Shown in pieces: positions 18,437 to 31,796 of a stretch of DNA of 64,000 nt (its first letter is position 1; every line of letters starts with the position of its first letter). The DNA comes from Hormiphora californensis (lineage: Eukaryota > Animalia > Ctenophora): contig CM035355.1 of assembly GCA_020137815.1 (NCBI GenBank), positions 4,154,001-4,218,000 of the forward strand, written 5' to 3'. The notes beneath the pieces were generated by a model, which had not been told where the DNA came from, searched no databases, and worked only from the letters and a program-made list of their open reading frames with translations. Made by a program: the position numbers and the translations under genes.

Positions 18437-21400
18437 TCACATCACAGTACAAACACTACTCTTCTCATTTTGTCTCTGCTGTATGGAACTAAGCACATCC
18501 TGAAGCTCATACATGACACTAGTTTGGTTGGTTAGCTGCTGCTTCTGGGCCTCTAGCTGGGTCTGTAGCTCTCTCACCTCACTCTCTAGTTGACCCTGGA
18601 CTTGGAGAGCGGAGTTCCTCTCATTTTCTAGGAGTGCCCGGTATTTGGCTAGTTCTCGGACCGTCTGGGGGGGATATAGTTTTAGAGGGGGTGGGTAGGG
18701 TAGTATGCATAGTTCTCGGACCGTCTATAATAGGGATAGAGGAATGAATTTTAGGGAGGGTGGTATGCACGGTGGTATGCACGGTGGTATGCACATAAAG
18801 TTCAAGTTATAGATAATAATGCTGAAGCCCCCTTCCTCGCCTAACAAAGTTCTAGAACCTTCAAGCATAACTTTTAAAGAAGCTTACCTGCTCTTTTTCA
18901 AGTTCCAAAACTCTCCATTTATCTGAGAATTTCTCCTCCAAATCCATTTTAGTGGTCCGGAAGGCATCCAACTCCCTGCTCTGTTCCGAGTGTCTCTGTT
19001 CCAAACTAGACAGCTTCTCCTGCAGCAGCTCCGCTTTTTCCTGGACGCACTCCAGCTCCCGACTAAAATTCGCAACCCCCCTCCCGCCCCCACCGTAGGG
19101 GGATTTCAACTTGAAGTTGTTCACGTTCGAGGGATTTTTAGAGCGTAGCTCTGTAGCTTTGTTTGTCCGCACGTCACTCCGCCAGTTGAGAGAGAATTTG
19201 TCACGGTAGGGGTCACCCCGCCGTGTGTTGGAGTTAAATCTGTACCGGCCCGATTTTGTTGCTAACGCCTAGGGAGGGAAATACAGGGGAGTGAAATTTG
19301 TGGGGGTGGGACTCGACAAAGTGAAATTGCTTTCACGATCGACAATAAAAACCAAGTAAAGAGAGTAATTATAATTCATGGTCGATAGTTTCTCTAATTC
19401 TGGCACCCCCACCCATCTCCCCCGGTCTTGTTGAGTATGTAAGTATCAACTCCTCCCCCTCCCCCGGTCTCTGTCCCTAGTTACCTCATCGTCACTATCA
19501 GTCGTCTCAATCTCAGTCACAACAGCACTAATTTTCTTCCTTAACCTCCTCTTATCTGATACTCGACTCTGGAAAGGGAGTATTATATGGGTTAGGGTAA
19601 ACCGGGGCAATTCGAACAACCGGGGCAATTCGAACATAGTACTGCCCGTCTCTCACCTAGTTAAGCTATCATAATGACGTCATCCTATCTCCAGAAGAAA
19701 ACTGCTCGTTCGAGCCTGCCCGTTACCACTAAATAGGCTCTAGATCCGGTTTAAGTTGGTCAATTTCCGATTTGAAAAAACCAGCTGAAAGCTAATAATA
19801 TCAGCTTTCAGATGGTATAAAAATTATTTAAATATTCGCATGTTTTCATTCCAAATTCTGGTAAATTAAGATTACCGGGGCAATTCGAACAACCGGGGCA
19901 ATTCGAACATGGGCAATTTGGTTAACACACCGGGGCAATTTGGTTAACTCCCGGGCCAATGATGTGCAGTTCTTTGTACCACGTGATCACGCGTGATACC
20001 GGGGCAATTCGAGCAAGAACGACCAGCGTGTAGATTGCGTGTAGATTACATTGTTCGAATTGCCCCCACCTCTAACAACACCAGGCGGGAATCTTCTTCT
20101 GGTGTTGTGAGGACGTTCACGTGACTCCCACGTGACGAAATAAAGCACTCCTATTGGTGTTGTCCGAATTGCCCCGGTACCATTTTTTCCGACCAAAATT
20201 TTTAAATTAGTTATTTAGTTAAGTAAATGATGGTCCCTAGAGTTAAAATTTATCTTATTTGAAAGATAAAATAATGAACTTTAATCCTATATAATTTTTT
20301 TCATTGTATCTTTTTTTAAATGTGAGTGAGAACCGATTAAGTAAAAAGTTAACCATTTTGCCCCGGTTTACCCTATATATCAGCGGTAAATGTAACAAGT
20401 TTTACATTAATTTATTTTCTATAGCATAATAGTGTGTGCTATTATCTGTTAGGCCAATGCTTTGCCAGGCTATTATTATATTAATTGTCGGGAAGGGAGA
20501 ACTCTTCTTCAGACTTGTCTGGGAGAGAGAGAGAGAGAGCAATCTGAGAGACAGTGAACAGATCTGTAGAATAATTGGGGAAGTGGGGGAGAGTTAGAGA
20601 GAACCTAGATCTGTGGAATGATTTAATGACTTCCGTGAAAGTGGAAACAAGTTATTACAACTCGTTACACTGTAACTGGAGCTGGCTTTTGGAGTACCTA
20701 TACTAGGCTATTATTTGTTGACTGCTCAACTAGGCAGCCTAGTACTGATCCTACTCTAGATCTACTAGATCATCTAGGCTAATAAATAAAGAGGGGTATC
20801 AATTAGAGATCCCTAGTTACATACCCGATTCATTAGTTACATACCCTGTTCATTAGTGTCGTCATATCTTTACTCGACTTGGTGACTGTAGAAGAAGATT
20901 GTCCCTTAGCCTGGGTTGTTTCAAATCCACTGTCCTTACTTTTGGCACTTTGAACTGGAAGCAGGGAAGGAAAGACTGGTTAATTGACTAGTTAATTGAT
21001 TGGTTAATTGATTGAAATTGGTTTCTCAGGAAGGAACTAAAGTTATGTAAACCAAACTGGTATACAGTCGGAGTCTATTAAAACTTATTGGAGTTAATAT
21101 ATTAACTCCTATAATAGTACCATTTGAAGATGGTAGACCGTTACTGGTATCTAAATCACTGGATGGTTTAGTTATTCCACCCTCCTCCAACTCCATCCTA
21201 AGCCATGTTCTCATCTCCTCCTCTTCCTCCTCCTCCTCGCCACCCAGAATGAGGTGTCGTGGTTGTGGGTCCAGTGGTGTTGGAATCTTACGAACCTGGA
21301 GGGGTTGTTATGTTCTAAACCTCCCTTTAAATTTGGGGACGTGCGAAACAGGGTCTAGCTAGGAAAGGAGGGGGGGTAATCTTGTAAATATATTCGGAAA

Positions 21401-21675
21401 TGGGAGGGAAAAAGGAGGAGGGGGAGTTAGGAAAGGGAAAATGAGATTACAATGGATCAGTGAAAAGAGAAAACAGGGGGATTTGTTGAGTTACTCAACA
21501 AAGGGGGATTAGATAGTGAAGTTATGCGATATGGATATAATTCAGAAAGAGATATTATACCGCTTGTTAAAGTAGCTCTGCTTTTCATACACACTCTCTC
21601 TCTCTCCCTCTATGTCCTACCAGGGAGAGAGAACAGTGGTTGCTAAGGCAACACAGTACAGTAGAGGTATAGCGA

Positions 21676-21765
<90 letters not shown>

Positions 21766-22976
21766 ACAATGCCTGACCTCATCCGCTGTACGGTGAGCTG
21801 ATTCCGACCGTTCAGAGCTTGCCAAGTTATCCTCAGAAGAGACTCTGAAGAAATATGATTGAAACTTTAATTTCTTCCGTGAGTAAGAAAAAATAATGGA
21901 TATAATATTTCAGGAGTCATAACTTCATAGCAAGACGCTTGAAAGTTGAAACGAAAACTGAGATCTGTAAGTGATCTATCAACTGTTTATGGTCTCATGG
22001 CTCTGTACGTACGTTTGTCTGCCTGTGTGTTTCCTTCTCGTCTTCAGAGGTGCTGTGGTACTGACCTGCAGATAGAAAATAGAAATGAGGTAAAGATTAA
22101 TTAACTCCCTGATAAAAACAGAAAAAAGTGATATGCACATTGCACACATTACACAATTGCTATTTGTTAGGGTCCGGGCGCGGTGAGAGTGATGAGAGAG
22201 GGTCGACTGTCGAGCTATACCTGAATGAGTAGTGACTGATCACAGTGTACCACCCGCTTGATATAATTCAAACCAGGGTGACCACTAGCACTGGCCCTCC
22301 TTGCTGCATCCGTTAGTGATATCTCGATAGGTGTAGTCCGCATATCATTCATTTCTATCATAGCATTCCGCTCTGAGACTGTCTTCCGGACCCCTCCCCC
22401 ACTTGTCTTGGCGCTTTTAGCAGTAACCTGTGAATTGTGTTACCTTGGTTACGCCTCCACCCCGATTTGCATCATTACCACACCTCATAATAAGAGCTGG
22501 AATATTTTGTTGTAAAATCGCGATCATGGTTATTATTGGACCGGCTTTTTAGTGTTACAGTTGCCATGGTAACTGGGGGGTTACCTGGCTAGGTGAGAAA
22601 TGGATGTCTGGATCAGATAAGGATTTGGGGAGTTTGAGGCTGCCATCTGTGGTTGTCAGGGCTGATCGGGCCTTCTTTCCACTTCCTGCACCGCTGTACA
22701 CATCTGGAGGGTACATCAGGGTAATAAATTGGTAAAATTGGTACCAGTAATATTGACTATTGAGATAAACAGGAGGGGAGGGAGAATTATAATTCCTAGA
22801 ACATTCTAGATGCCTGTTATAGTCTGGCTAGATTGCAGCTAATCATGACCACGACATGTGGATCATGTCACAGTGATCATAGTACGTCAAAGATCTGAAT
22901 ATAATATGGCATGCTGGCTGTTTAAAAGCTAACTGTTACATGTTAGTCATTACAATCATGAGTACAGCTTGGCCGT

Positions 22977-23038
<62 letters not shown>

Positions 23039-26000
23039 TGTATGAGAGGGTATAATAAAGAGGGATACTATTCTCTGGGTATGGGCCAGGAAAGCTATCC
23101 GAGTGACAATATATGTTGGATCATTATCATCGTACATAAAGAATTAAAGAGTTAGGTAGCGAGCTATGGGTGAATTTTTGCTACGGCCACAATCACTGTG
23201 TTACTGTAAGCTGTTACCCCACTCACCCATATCAGAGTCCTCTGAATCAGACAGTGCTACCCCTCGGAGCCCCATATCGTGTAGATTAGTGGGAGGGGGA
23301 TGACCCCACAGGTATATACCCTCAGTGTCTGTAACAGCTACCGTATACGTCTCGCAACACGCCACGTACTGAAGGGAGGTGATCATTAATAAAGGGCTCG
23401 AAATACTGAATATATTCATGCCTTAGTGACCACATGCAGTGAAGAATTCCTATATATTCGAATAATATTCAGATTCTGAGGGATGCAAAAGAATAGCGAT
23501 CCTTAGTCATTACCCCCGGGGTAGACCTCCCTTTAGCCTTTCCTCCGCCGATTCTTACCCCAAGTAGACCCCCCTCATTGTCCTCTCTCCCAACCCTCCA
23601 CCTATGCTGACCTCGGGTAAACCCCCTTCCACTCCCTCCCCTGGTCCTTCCTTTTCCTCCCTCCCTCCCTCCGTGTCCTCCCATCCCTCCATCTCTACTT
23701 ACCCTTGTGCGATGTGATTCCATGTTACTAGCCAGATTATCATAAGTAAAGGACCTCACACCCAACTGGCCACTTTTATTATTCCCAAACGAGTAGATCT
23801 GACCCGTGTCTACCACCACTGAACTGTGGTATTTACCAACTGATACCTCAACAACTCGCTTACTACCAATGGCCTTGACGGCAGTGGGTACGTTCACACT
23901 CTCAACTGTCGTCTCTTCTTTCTGCATTGGGAGGAAAGGAGAACTAAATATAAACGTTAGGGGTATATATGAGATACTGTCATCAGCTGTTCTTTCTGTT
24001 TGGAGGGGAAAGGAGAGGGTTTGAGGTACATTTGAAATTCTGAAAGGTGTGTCGATCGAGGTATAGAGAGTGATTCATAAATCATTTGGACGATCAGAGA
24101 GAAGCTTCAGACTTACACTGTTATAAAATAGGGCCTTCATGGTCAGCAGAAACCCTTTCCGTTTGTTCAGACCCAGCTTGTTATACTTGTTGCTGAAAAA
24201 TGAAACATTAGAATGTGATGGAACAATCAATGATATCATAAGATTAGAATATGATGGAGTATAATAACAGTAACGATCTGTACAGAGTATTCTAGTGATG
24301 AATCACACTTCTAGTATTACTTCCCTGTTTAACACAGTGCATCATGCATGATGGCATCATGGTCTTCATTGCTTTGGAGACGTAGATTTATTGTAGATAC
24401 CCTCCCTCCCTCTTACCTTCCCCTCCCCATATATCTCCAAATATATCTCTCTACTTCCCCTTCTCTCCCCAAATATCTCTCCTCTCAGGGCCCTCTCTCT
24501 CGGTTCATGAACACTCTACTAGGCAGGAATTTGAAGGGGCGAGGATCTCAAGTGATGTCATTAACATGCATCAATTACCATGGCACCCCCTCTCTCTTCA
24601 GCTCCTAGTTGACAAATACACTTGAAGAGTATCAAAGATATATATATAGATATTGTAGAAAGTAATATATATCTCCCTTTTATTGAGGATCCAGCCCGGG
24701 GCAGCCGCTTACTTCCCACACCCCCCTGACAACTAGAGAGAGGTACAATGCCACAAGCACCCTCTCCCACTCTCCCAAAACAATTTACTGTACCTGCCAC
24801 AAGCATAGAGAGTACCATCCTCTGTAAGGAAGACTGTTCCATCAAACCCACAAACTACCTTCTTGAGGCATATCCATTCTTCCATGAATGTAACCGGTGT
24901 GGGTAACAACCTGAATCAAGGGAAAATAACAGTTAGCGGGGATATAATAGTCCCAAATAATTCATCCTAAATCTCTCTCTTGAGCTGAAGTACCCAGTAC
25001 CGATACCTTACCTATCAATGCTAGATCCATGTCCCAGTTTCCCAGTATCCCCAGTACCCCAAGTGAACACTGCCCCACCCTTGGTAAGAAGTGCTGCGTG
25101 AGACGACCCACAGCTGACCGCCACTACGTCCGTAGACAGCATGCTCTCACACATCCGGGGTTTCAGGACGTCCTCAGTCGCATCCGCTTGTGCTGGGGGG
25201 AGGGGATTAGAATTAGAGGATCAGAGGTTGTGCTGAGGGAAGGGGATTAGAATTAGAGAATTAGAGGTTGTGCTGAAGGGAGGGGATTAGAATTAGACGA
25301 TCAGAGGTTGTATTGACTGTCATACAACAAGCCCGTGTTTTTGCTGTTGCTACGACCGTTGTAACGAGGGTAGTCTTATTATAACGAGACAATGCTATGG
25401 GCTGCATTTCACATGCTCTGTGAATGCGGCGAATTATAGAACTCCGGATAGCCGCTCCGGATTTGAGGATTTAGGAATGAATGAGCGATTGAAGCAGACA
25501 TTCAATGAATGACCAACCAGAGTTTTAAAAGTCCGTTCATTTTGCCATGCAAAAACACCGGATATACTGTCATTCAGAATTTAAAATCTCTGGGAAAATG
25601 ACGAGTTTATCAGGAAAAATAAAGAGATGGAGAGGACGACAAGATAAATTAACCAGATCACAACCACACGACCCTATAATAATTACCTAAGCATCTAGAA
25701 CTCGCTGATCCACATGACAGAAGAAGACCGTTATCGGTAACAAAGAGAGTGTAGCCATTACCACACGCCACGGATGATATAAACTTGCCGTGTAGGGTAT
25801 CAACACTGCAGAATAATTAGTTAGTTAATTAAATAAATATTTAGTTAATTATAGTTAGTTAGTTTGCATTTCTCACTTAATAACTATTAACTGTTAACTA
25901 GTTACCATGGTGACCAATAACTCCACCTACCATTGTGGTGTGTTGGTAGAGTTCCTATTTCCATGTCCCAGCTGCCCGTGAGAGCCCTCTCCCCAACTGT

Positions 26001-26508
26001 AGGTCGAGTGTAGCTCGGTACTCGCCACCACGTGGTTACGGCCAATGGAAACCTGTAATACAGAGAGTAACTGTTACTAACAGTTACTGATATGGTTACT
26101 AACAGTTACTAATAGTTACTAATAGTTACTAACAGCTATAAGAATGGGAGGGAAACATTCTAAAAATTCTGCACAACTACCTACCATTCTAATAACATAC
26201 ACAAAACAATGGCGGTTTATTGGTTTACCGTTCTAACAGTTACTAAAACAGGGTGGGGTGGTGAACTATTTGAGAGTCTGAGAGAAACTACCTACCGTTC
26301 TAATGATGCATGTAAGAGGAAGGTCAATAGGACACAGACAAAACAGGGAGGTATCTAGATAGTAGATCATGCTCCGGATCACTTCCTGTCTCTCGGCCCT
26401 TTCCTCTCTATGACGGTAAAACTGAACCAACCCTAGGACCTGGAGAGATGGAGGGTAGTTGACAAGTTATGGGTGGCTGGAGCTGTCAGACCAATGCTCT
26501 GACAGGGC

Positions 26509-26541
<33 letters not shown>

Positions 26542-27795
26542 AGAGTGGAATTGGAAGGTAATTTGTAAATGAAATAGGGCTACTATCAAGAAAAGGGCAG
26601 CAGCTCCTACCAACCTGATTGAGGACGATATCAATGGAAGGTCTCTTTTCTGGATCAGTGGTAAGAAGCACATCTACCACCTCCCTAAGGTGGGAACTGT
26701 AGCTACCACACACCGGCTTAAACTGACCCTAAGAGAGAGAGGGGAAGAAGGGGTGTTATGTGGGGGCCCTGAGAGAGAGGGGAAGAAACTGGGTGTCATG
26801 TGGAGGCCCTGAGAGAGAGGGGAAGAAGGGGTGTTATGTGGGGGCCCTGAGAGAGAGGGGAAGAAACTGGGTGTCATGTGGAGAAACACATCTTAGTCAT
26901 GATCAGAGCTGTCCTGATGACCTATCCGAAAAAAACCCCGAAATTACTTGGGTGGTTACCTTGATGATTTTGTTGGCCAGGGCAGGCAGGTTTGATCCTT
27001 CAAAAGCTTTCTCCCTGTTACACATCTCGTAGAGCACACAACCAAGGGCCCAAACATCACTTTTAGGTCCATACTGCTTCCCCTCACACTGCGTGACACA
27101 TGGTTATTATTTAAACGAGAGAGATCTTCTTATCACAATATTATAAAGCAGCTAATCTTAGATTGTTAGTGCCGGGGAGACCAATAGTTCTACTCTTGGG
27201 GGGGGGGGGTGATATATCCAATGTAATGTCACACGAATCCCAATGTATGGGTAGATAACAGAACACCTACCATTTCTGGTGATATATAGTAGGGTGTGCC
27301 AAGAACAGTAGACGCCCCTTTAGTTTCAATAATCTTTGAAATTCCAAAATCACCCAATTTCACCATATCATTCTTTGTCAGGAAAATGTTTGCTGTCTTC
27401 AGATCCCTGATAGGTAATTTATCTTAGTTTACTGAAAAGTAGCCCCTAATGATTCTTGTCAAGTTTTTCAAAGTTTCAAACTATAGTTGATGAAACAAGT
27501 TCATTTGGCGTGCTTTGCCTCGTTTCAGCTTCTGTTTACAGGCCTTTTCCCAAGATGAGGCAAGTAGCCTCAAACAGAGAGTGTTACCTGTGCAGGACAT
27601 TGTGATCATGTAGATGCTTACATGCCTCCAACATCTGCCTAAACATGTCCAATACCCGGTATTCAGGAATTGCCTGACTCTGGCTGGCCAACATTTGGGC
27701 TAACGTCCTGAGAAGAGTGGTTAATAATTGACTGTCAGATCTGCAATTATCTTGTTGAGATATGATCAGTTGATCGAGGGTATGAGTCTGAGTCT

Positions 27796-27860
<65 letters not shown>

Positions 27861-27984
27861 CATCTTAGCATGCTTCAGTCTGGGAGAGTGATAAATGTGT
27901 GTGATGGAGCAATAAAATGTGTATACAGTGCTGAATGCTAATATCATTAGCCATCCTTTGATGTTCATTATCCTAATATCTACT

Positions 27985-28080
<96 letters not shown>

Positions 28081-28245
28081 TCTATCTCTCTCTCTCTCTC
28101 TCTCTATCTCTTCTCTCTCTCTCGTCTCTCTCTCTTCTCTGTCTCTCCTCTCTCTCTCTTGCTCTCTCTCTTCTCCTCTCTCTCTCTCTCTCTCCCTCTC
28201 TCTCTCACACCTCTCACCTCTCTCTCTCTCTCTCTCTCTCCCTAC

Positions 28246-28283
<38 letters not shown>

Positions 28284-28450
28284 ACTCTCTTCCTCTCTCT
28301 CTCTCCCTTACCCTCCATCCGCATACTCCATTTCAATCATCAGAGTGCCATCCTCCTCGAAGCTATCGTAATAGGAGATAATGTTGGGGTGGTGCAACAT
28401 ACCAAGGACTCTCACCTGAGGGAGATGGAGGGGAGAGAGAGAGAGGGAGA

Positions 28451-28532
<82 letters not shown>

Positions 28533-30025
28533 GACAGAGAGACAGAGAGAAACATGTGGGCGAGTAGAGACTGAAAAAAGCCAACAGAGCATGTAATACG
28601 GCAATTAATTGGACCCCCACCAAGACCGAGAAACACAGCTGAGAGCTGCAATGAGCTCCATATAGATCTCTATCTGCCTATTATATCAGGGGGGGGATAA
28701 GGTGGAAAATACAGTAAACTGTCTAGAGCTTTAGTTAAGATGAAACGATATTAAACTAGACCGTGGAACACAATTATATTTGCCCCCCCCCCCCCTTTAA
28801 ATGGATTTCCCGGCCACCCAAATTGCATGAGTCAGTATTGGGCTTCTGAAGTTCAGTGGTACAGAAAATATGATCCTGAATCGTTGAACCAAAACAAAGA
28901 TCGAATGAGACACTGTTCATAGAGAATGTATTGCCATGAGAAGAATTACCCTCCTTCATCATGGGACCTAGGAAAATCTTTGGTATCGAAGACACCTCAC
29001 ACTCTGTTTAGTACATATAACAGAATTAACATAATTAAATTATATCTGGTATCAGGTCACGTACCAGGTCACGTACTAGGGTAAAACTGGTACATGTACC
29101 TACACCACGTACCTCGTTTAGCGCTAACTGCCGTTCAGTATAACTCAGATCATGCATGTTTATTTCCTTGAGTATAACAAGAGAATCGTCATCCTTTTTC
29201 CTGTACAACACAGCCGTTCCATAGGCTCCTTTCCCAACAGTCCTGATCTGAAGAAGACAATTAATTAATTAATATTGGGGATTGATTAGAAGATAATTAA
29301 TTAATTAATTAATTAATATTGGGGATTATCAAGAGGAAAGTTTTGAAGGAAGCTGGAAGGGCGGGGTCAAGTTCTCAAGAATCAGCATCAGAAAATTGTT
29401 AGGTCTCAGTGTAAAGCATAACAAGTAAAAAAGTAACACGCAAAACTTGTACATGCAGCAGCACACGTGTAACACACACAATTAAACACATTGTAACACA
29501 CCAGGAACCGACCGAAACAGGTAAACAACCAATCAGAGCTCGTTATTTAGGTCACGTGACTAGTTATCAGCCAATCAGGGACCAGTATTTCCTGATTCGG
29601 TCGGTCGGTTCCTGTAACACACACCTTCTCAAACTCCGCGAGGGTTGGCTGGAACACTCGTGCACTAGATGGTGCAGAACTGGATTCTAGCTCACTGGCC
29701 TTGAAGTACATCTCGTTGGACCTAAAATAAGAGTGTTTTAAACAGAGCTACCTTGAATCGGTCCCTCATTCCATGAAAACTTGGTTACGAAGTCACCCCT
29801 GTTATTATTATATTGCAATATACATATTGAGCTTTTGCGGAGGGCCAGGGGTAACCCAAAACCCAAAAGACAACTGAAGATCTTTAACTATACTTACAGT
29901 CCCGATTCCTCTTCAGTAAAGCTGGGCCAGGCTGATAAGTGAACTGAGCTCAGGGCATCCTGTATCGACTGAATTAGGACCTGACCTTCACTGTTCTTGA
30001 CTAGCGACGTAGCGACGATGTCCAT
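18437..30025 (-). CDS. NIMA-related kinase, NEK8/NEK9-like: kinase domain, RCC1 repeats, low-complexity region, coiled coil, C-terminal CaaX. About 25 exons; internal boundaries partly approximate
   Basis: Minus-strand exons: 29247-29113 IRTVGKGAYGTAVLY..VILKEIN, 28415-28312 HHPNIISYYDSFEEDGTLMIEMEYADGG, 27707-27588 ..HNVLHR, 27406-27271 DLKTANIFL..KLGDFGISK..GTPYYISPEM, 27088-26960 KSDVWALGCVLYEM. RCC1-like exons include YSWGEGSHGQLGHG (~25960), VACGNGYTLFVT (~25750) and VSVGKYHSSVVVDTGQIYSFGNNKSGQLG (~23800). Last exon 18664-18437 ends SSVCTVM*. The start ATG at 30025 is inferred from a phase-compatible first exon. Confidence 0.9.
19595..20373. mobile_element. MITE with TA TSD (IS630/Tc1/mariner-type target) in a NEK intron
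   Basis: TA+GGGTAAACCGGGGCAA ... TTGCCCCGGTTTACCC+TA. The motif CCGGGGCAATT(CGAACA) recurs about 8 times internally on both strands. Confidence 0.85.
20446..20468 (+). mobile_element. 23-bp solo derivative CTGTTAGGCCAATGCTTTGCCAG
   Basis: Perfect 8-bp TSD GCTATTAT (20438-20445, 20469-20476). Confidence 0.72.
26483..26505 (+). mobile_element. 23-bp solo derivative CTGTCAGACCAATGCTCTGACAG
   Basis: Perfect 8-bp TSD GGCTGGAG (26475-26482, 26506-26513). Confidence 0.75.
27989..28306. repeat. (CT)n/(GA)n microsatellite; representative of many such tracts (e.g. 2871-2960, 3068-3131, 3470-3700, 21683-21763, 43263-43380, 54760-54970)
   Basis: Direct reading; these tracts generate the SLSLSL/ERERER ORFs. 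Confidence 0.97.
29502..29614 (+). mobile_element. hAT-like MITE, copy 4
   Basis: Same family; TSD TAACACAC (29494-29501, 29615-29622). Confidence 0.9.
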
Positions 30026-31796
30026 TCGGGACAGAGTGCTGTTGGAAGGGGTGGGTATATTAATTAAACCTATGTTAACCAGTTACCGGCTGGGACAAAA
30101 TTAGTCTGTGCGTACCTAGTAAACAAAAAAACAAACAAACAAACGAATAAACAAACAATCAAACCTAGTAAACTCAGATATTAGTGCTGCAATGAAGTTC
30201 CACTCATCAGATGTCCCAACCTTGGAACTTGTCAAAATCTGCAACGTTAGAAATTTGTAGTAATTTACACAATTTTGATATCAAGGTCAGGTAACCTATC
30301 AGAGTCTTCATTTCTGTGTGATGTTCACCTGTTCTCGTTCCTTCGCCCCACAAATAGCCAGTCCTCCGTTGTGAGAATGCATTACCAGAGCGAGATACCC
30401 AAACTTTCTTCCCTCCACTTTCTCTCGTACAAACTCTGTGAAGTTATATTCATGATTAATTCATGGACTTTCATCACATTCGGTTTATTTAATCGGGCAT
30501 CAACTGTCAATAAAACCTAAATCTTCTAAGTTGCGAGAGTGCAAATGCCTTACCAAGGAGGGATTATTATTATTATTATTGAATCTTACCAAGGAGGGAG
30601 TTCGTTGTGTAGAGGTCAAACTTGTAGTGGACACAAAGGACATCGGGCTGAGCAGCCCCAATGACAGTGGGAGCATTCTTCAAGCGAGAAGAAACAATAA
30701 CTAACTTCGCCTTCACATGGTTGTCAGCCATCAGCAGCGGCCCGTACAGACATTCTAATTATCAACCTCCTACCTCCTGTCTCAAATTACACATTACCTA
30801 CAAAATTTGTTTCCTTAAAGGAGAGGAAGTTGCCTGTTGCTCATTCTATAATTTTAAAAGAGAACTCTCCAGCCAGGACTTAAAATCTCATTCAAAACAC
30901 CAATTTTTGACGAAAATTGGCTATTTTCTTTGAATAATGAATTCTCTTTTCCTCTTCATGATCCGAAGTAAAAGTGCGTCCACGTCCGCATCGTTTGCAT
31001 GGCTTTAAGGGAAAAAATTGAAGAACAACGTCGCGTGGCCTGAAAAAAAACTCGATCAGCTCATTCGTTTTTTTAACCATTTATTCTTGTAATTTCTATA
31101 CCGCGGCGCGCGCACTTAAAACGGAACGCGCGAAAAATGAATTCTTATCGCTGCATTTGTGTTCAAAAATATTTTCAAGAACTTAAAAACAAAACTGTTC
31201 TTGATTTAAAAAACGTTTTTGGTGTTATTTTTCCCTCCCTTTTGGAGCTCAAGGAGGGTTTGTGACCTCCTAGAACTCATTCCTTCACTAAAAGTTCCTT
31301 TCGTCAAACAAAGAAATATGAGTCACACTTGCACTTTTATCGGAAAGTATTTTTGACCCCCTGAGAGTTAAGTTTTTGCACACTGAGGCTACCACTGAGT
31401 CCAGGACAGACAACTGTTTCAGAAATATCAAAAGTATCTCTCTCAGCTTTAAACTGACACACAAACTGTACAAACTGTATTCCCTCTTTTCGGATTATAT
31501 ACTGGCAGCGGACAGCATCGATACTTCATACTTGCTATGAGCTATCCCGTCTTGAAATTCCGCCTTCTCAGATCACGTATCACGTATCCCTAGGTAGTAT
31601 GAGATAAGAAGATGATTAGTAGATAAGGCATCTCATGGCTTCTTTTCCTCTCGCGTGATCCAGTGTTATACAGTCTCGCTTCTTTTTATCACTCAGTAAT
31701 CATCAACTAATATTATTATCATTAACTAACTAATTATCATTAATTATACCATTAATTAAACCATCTTTAACTAACTATTGATTTTGCAGCGTAGTG
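30026..31796. promoter_or_regulatory. Divergent (head-to-head) NEK / UBE2O upstream region, candidate bidirectional promoter
   Basis: The two inferred ATGs point away from each other ~1.8 kb apart. CpG-rich core near 30975-31135. Both ATGs are preceded by pyrimidine tract+AG, implying 5'UTR splicing. Confidence 0.55.
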
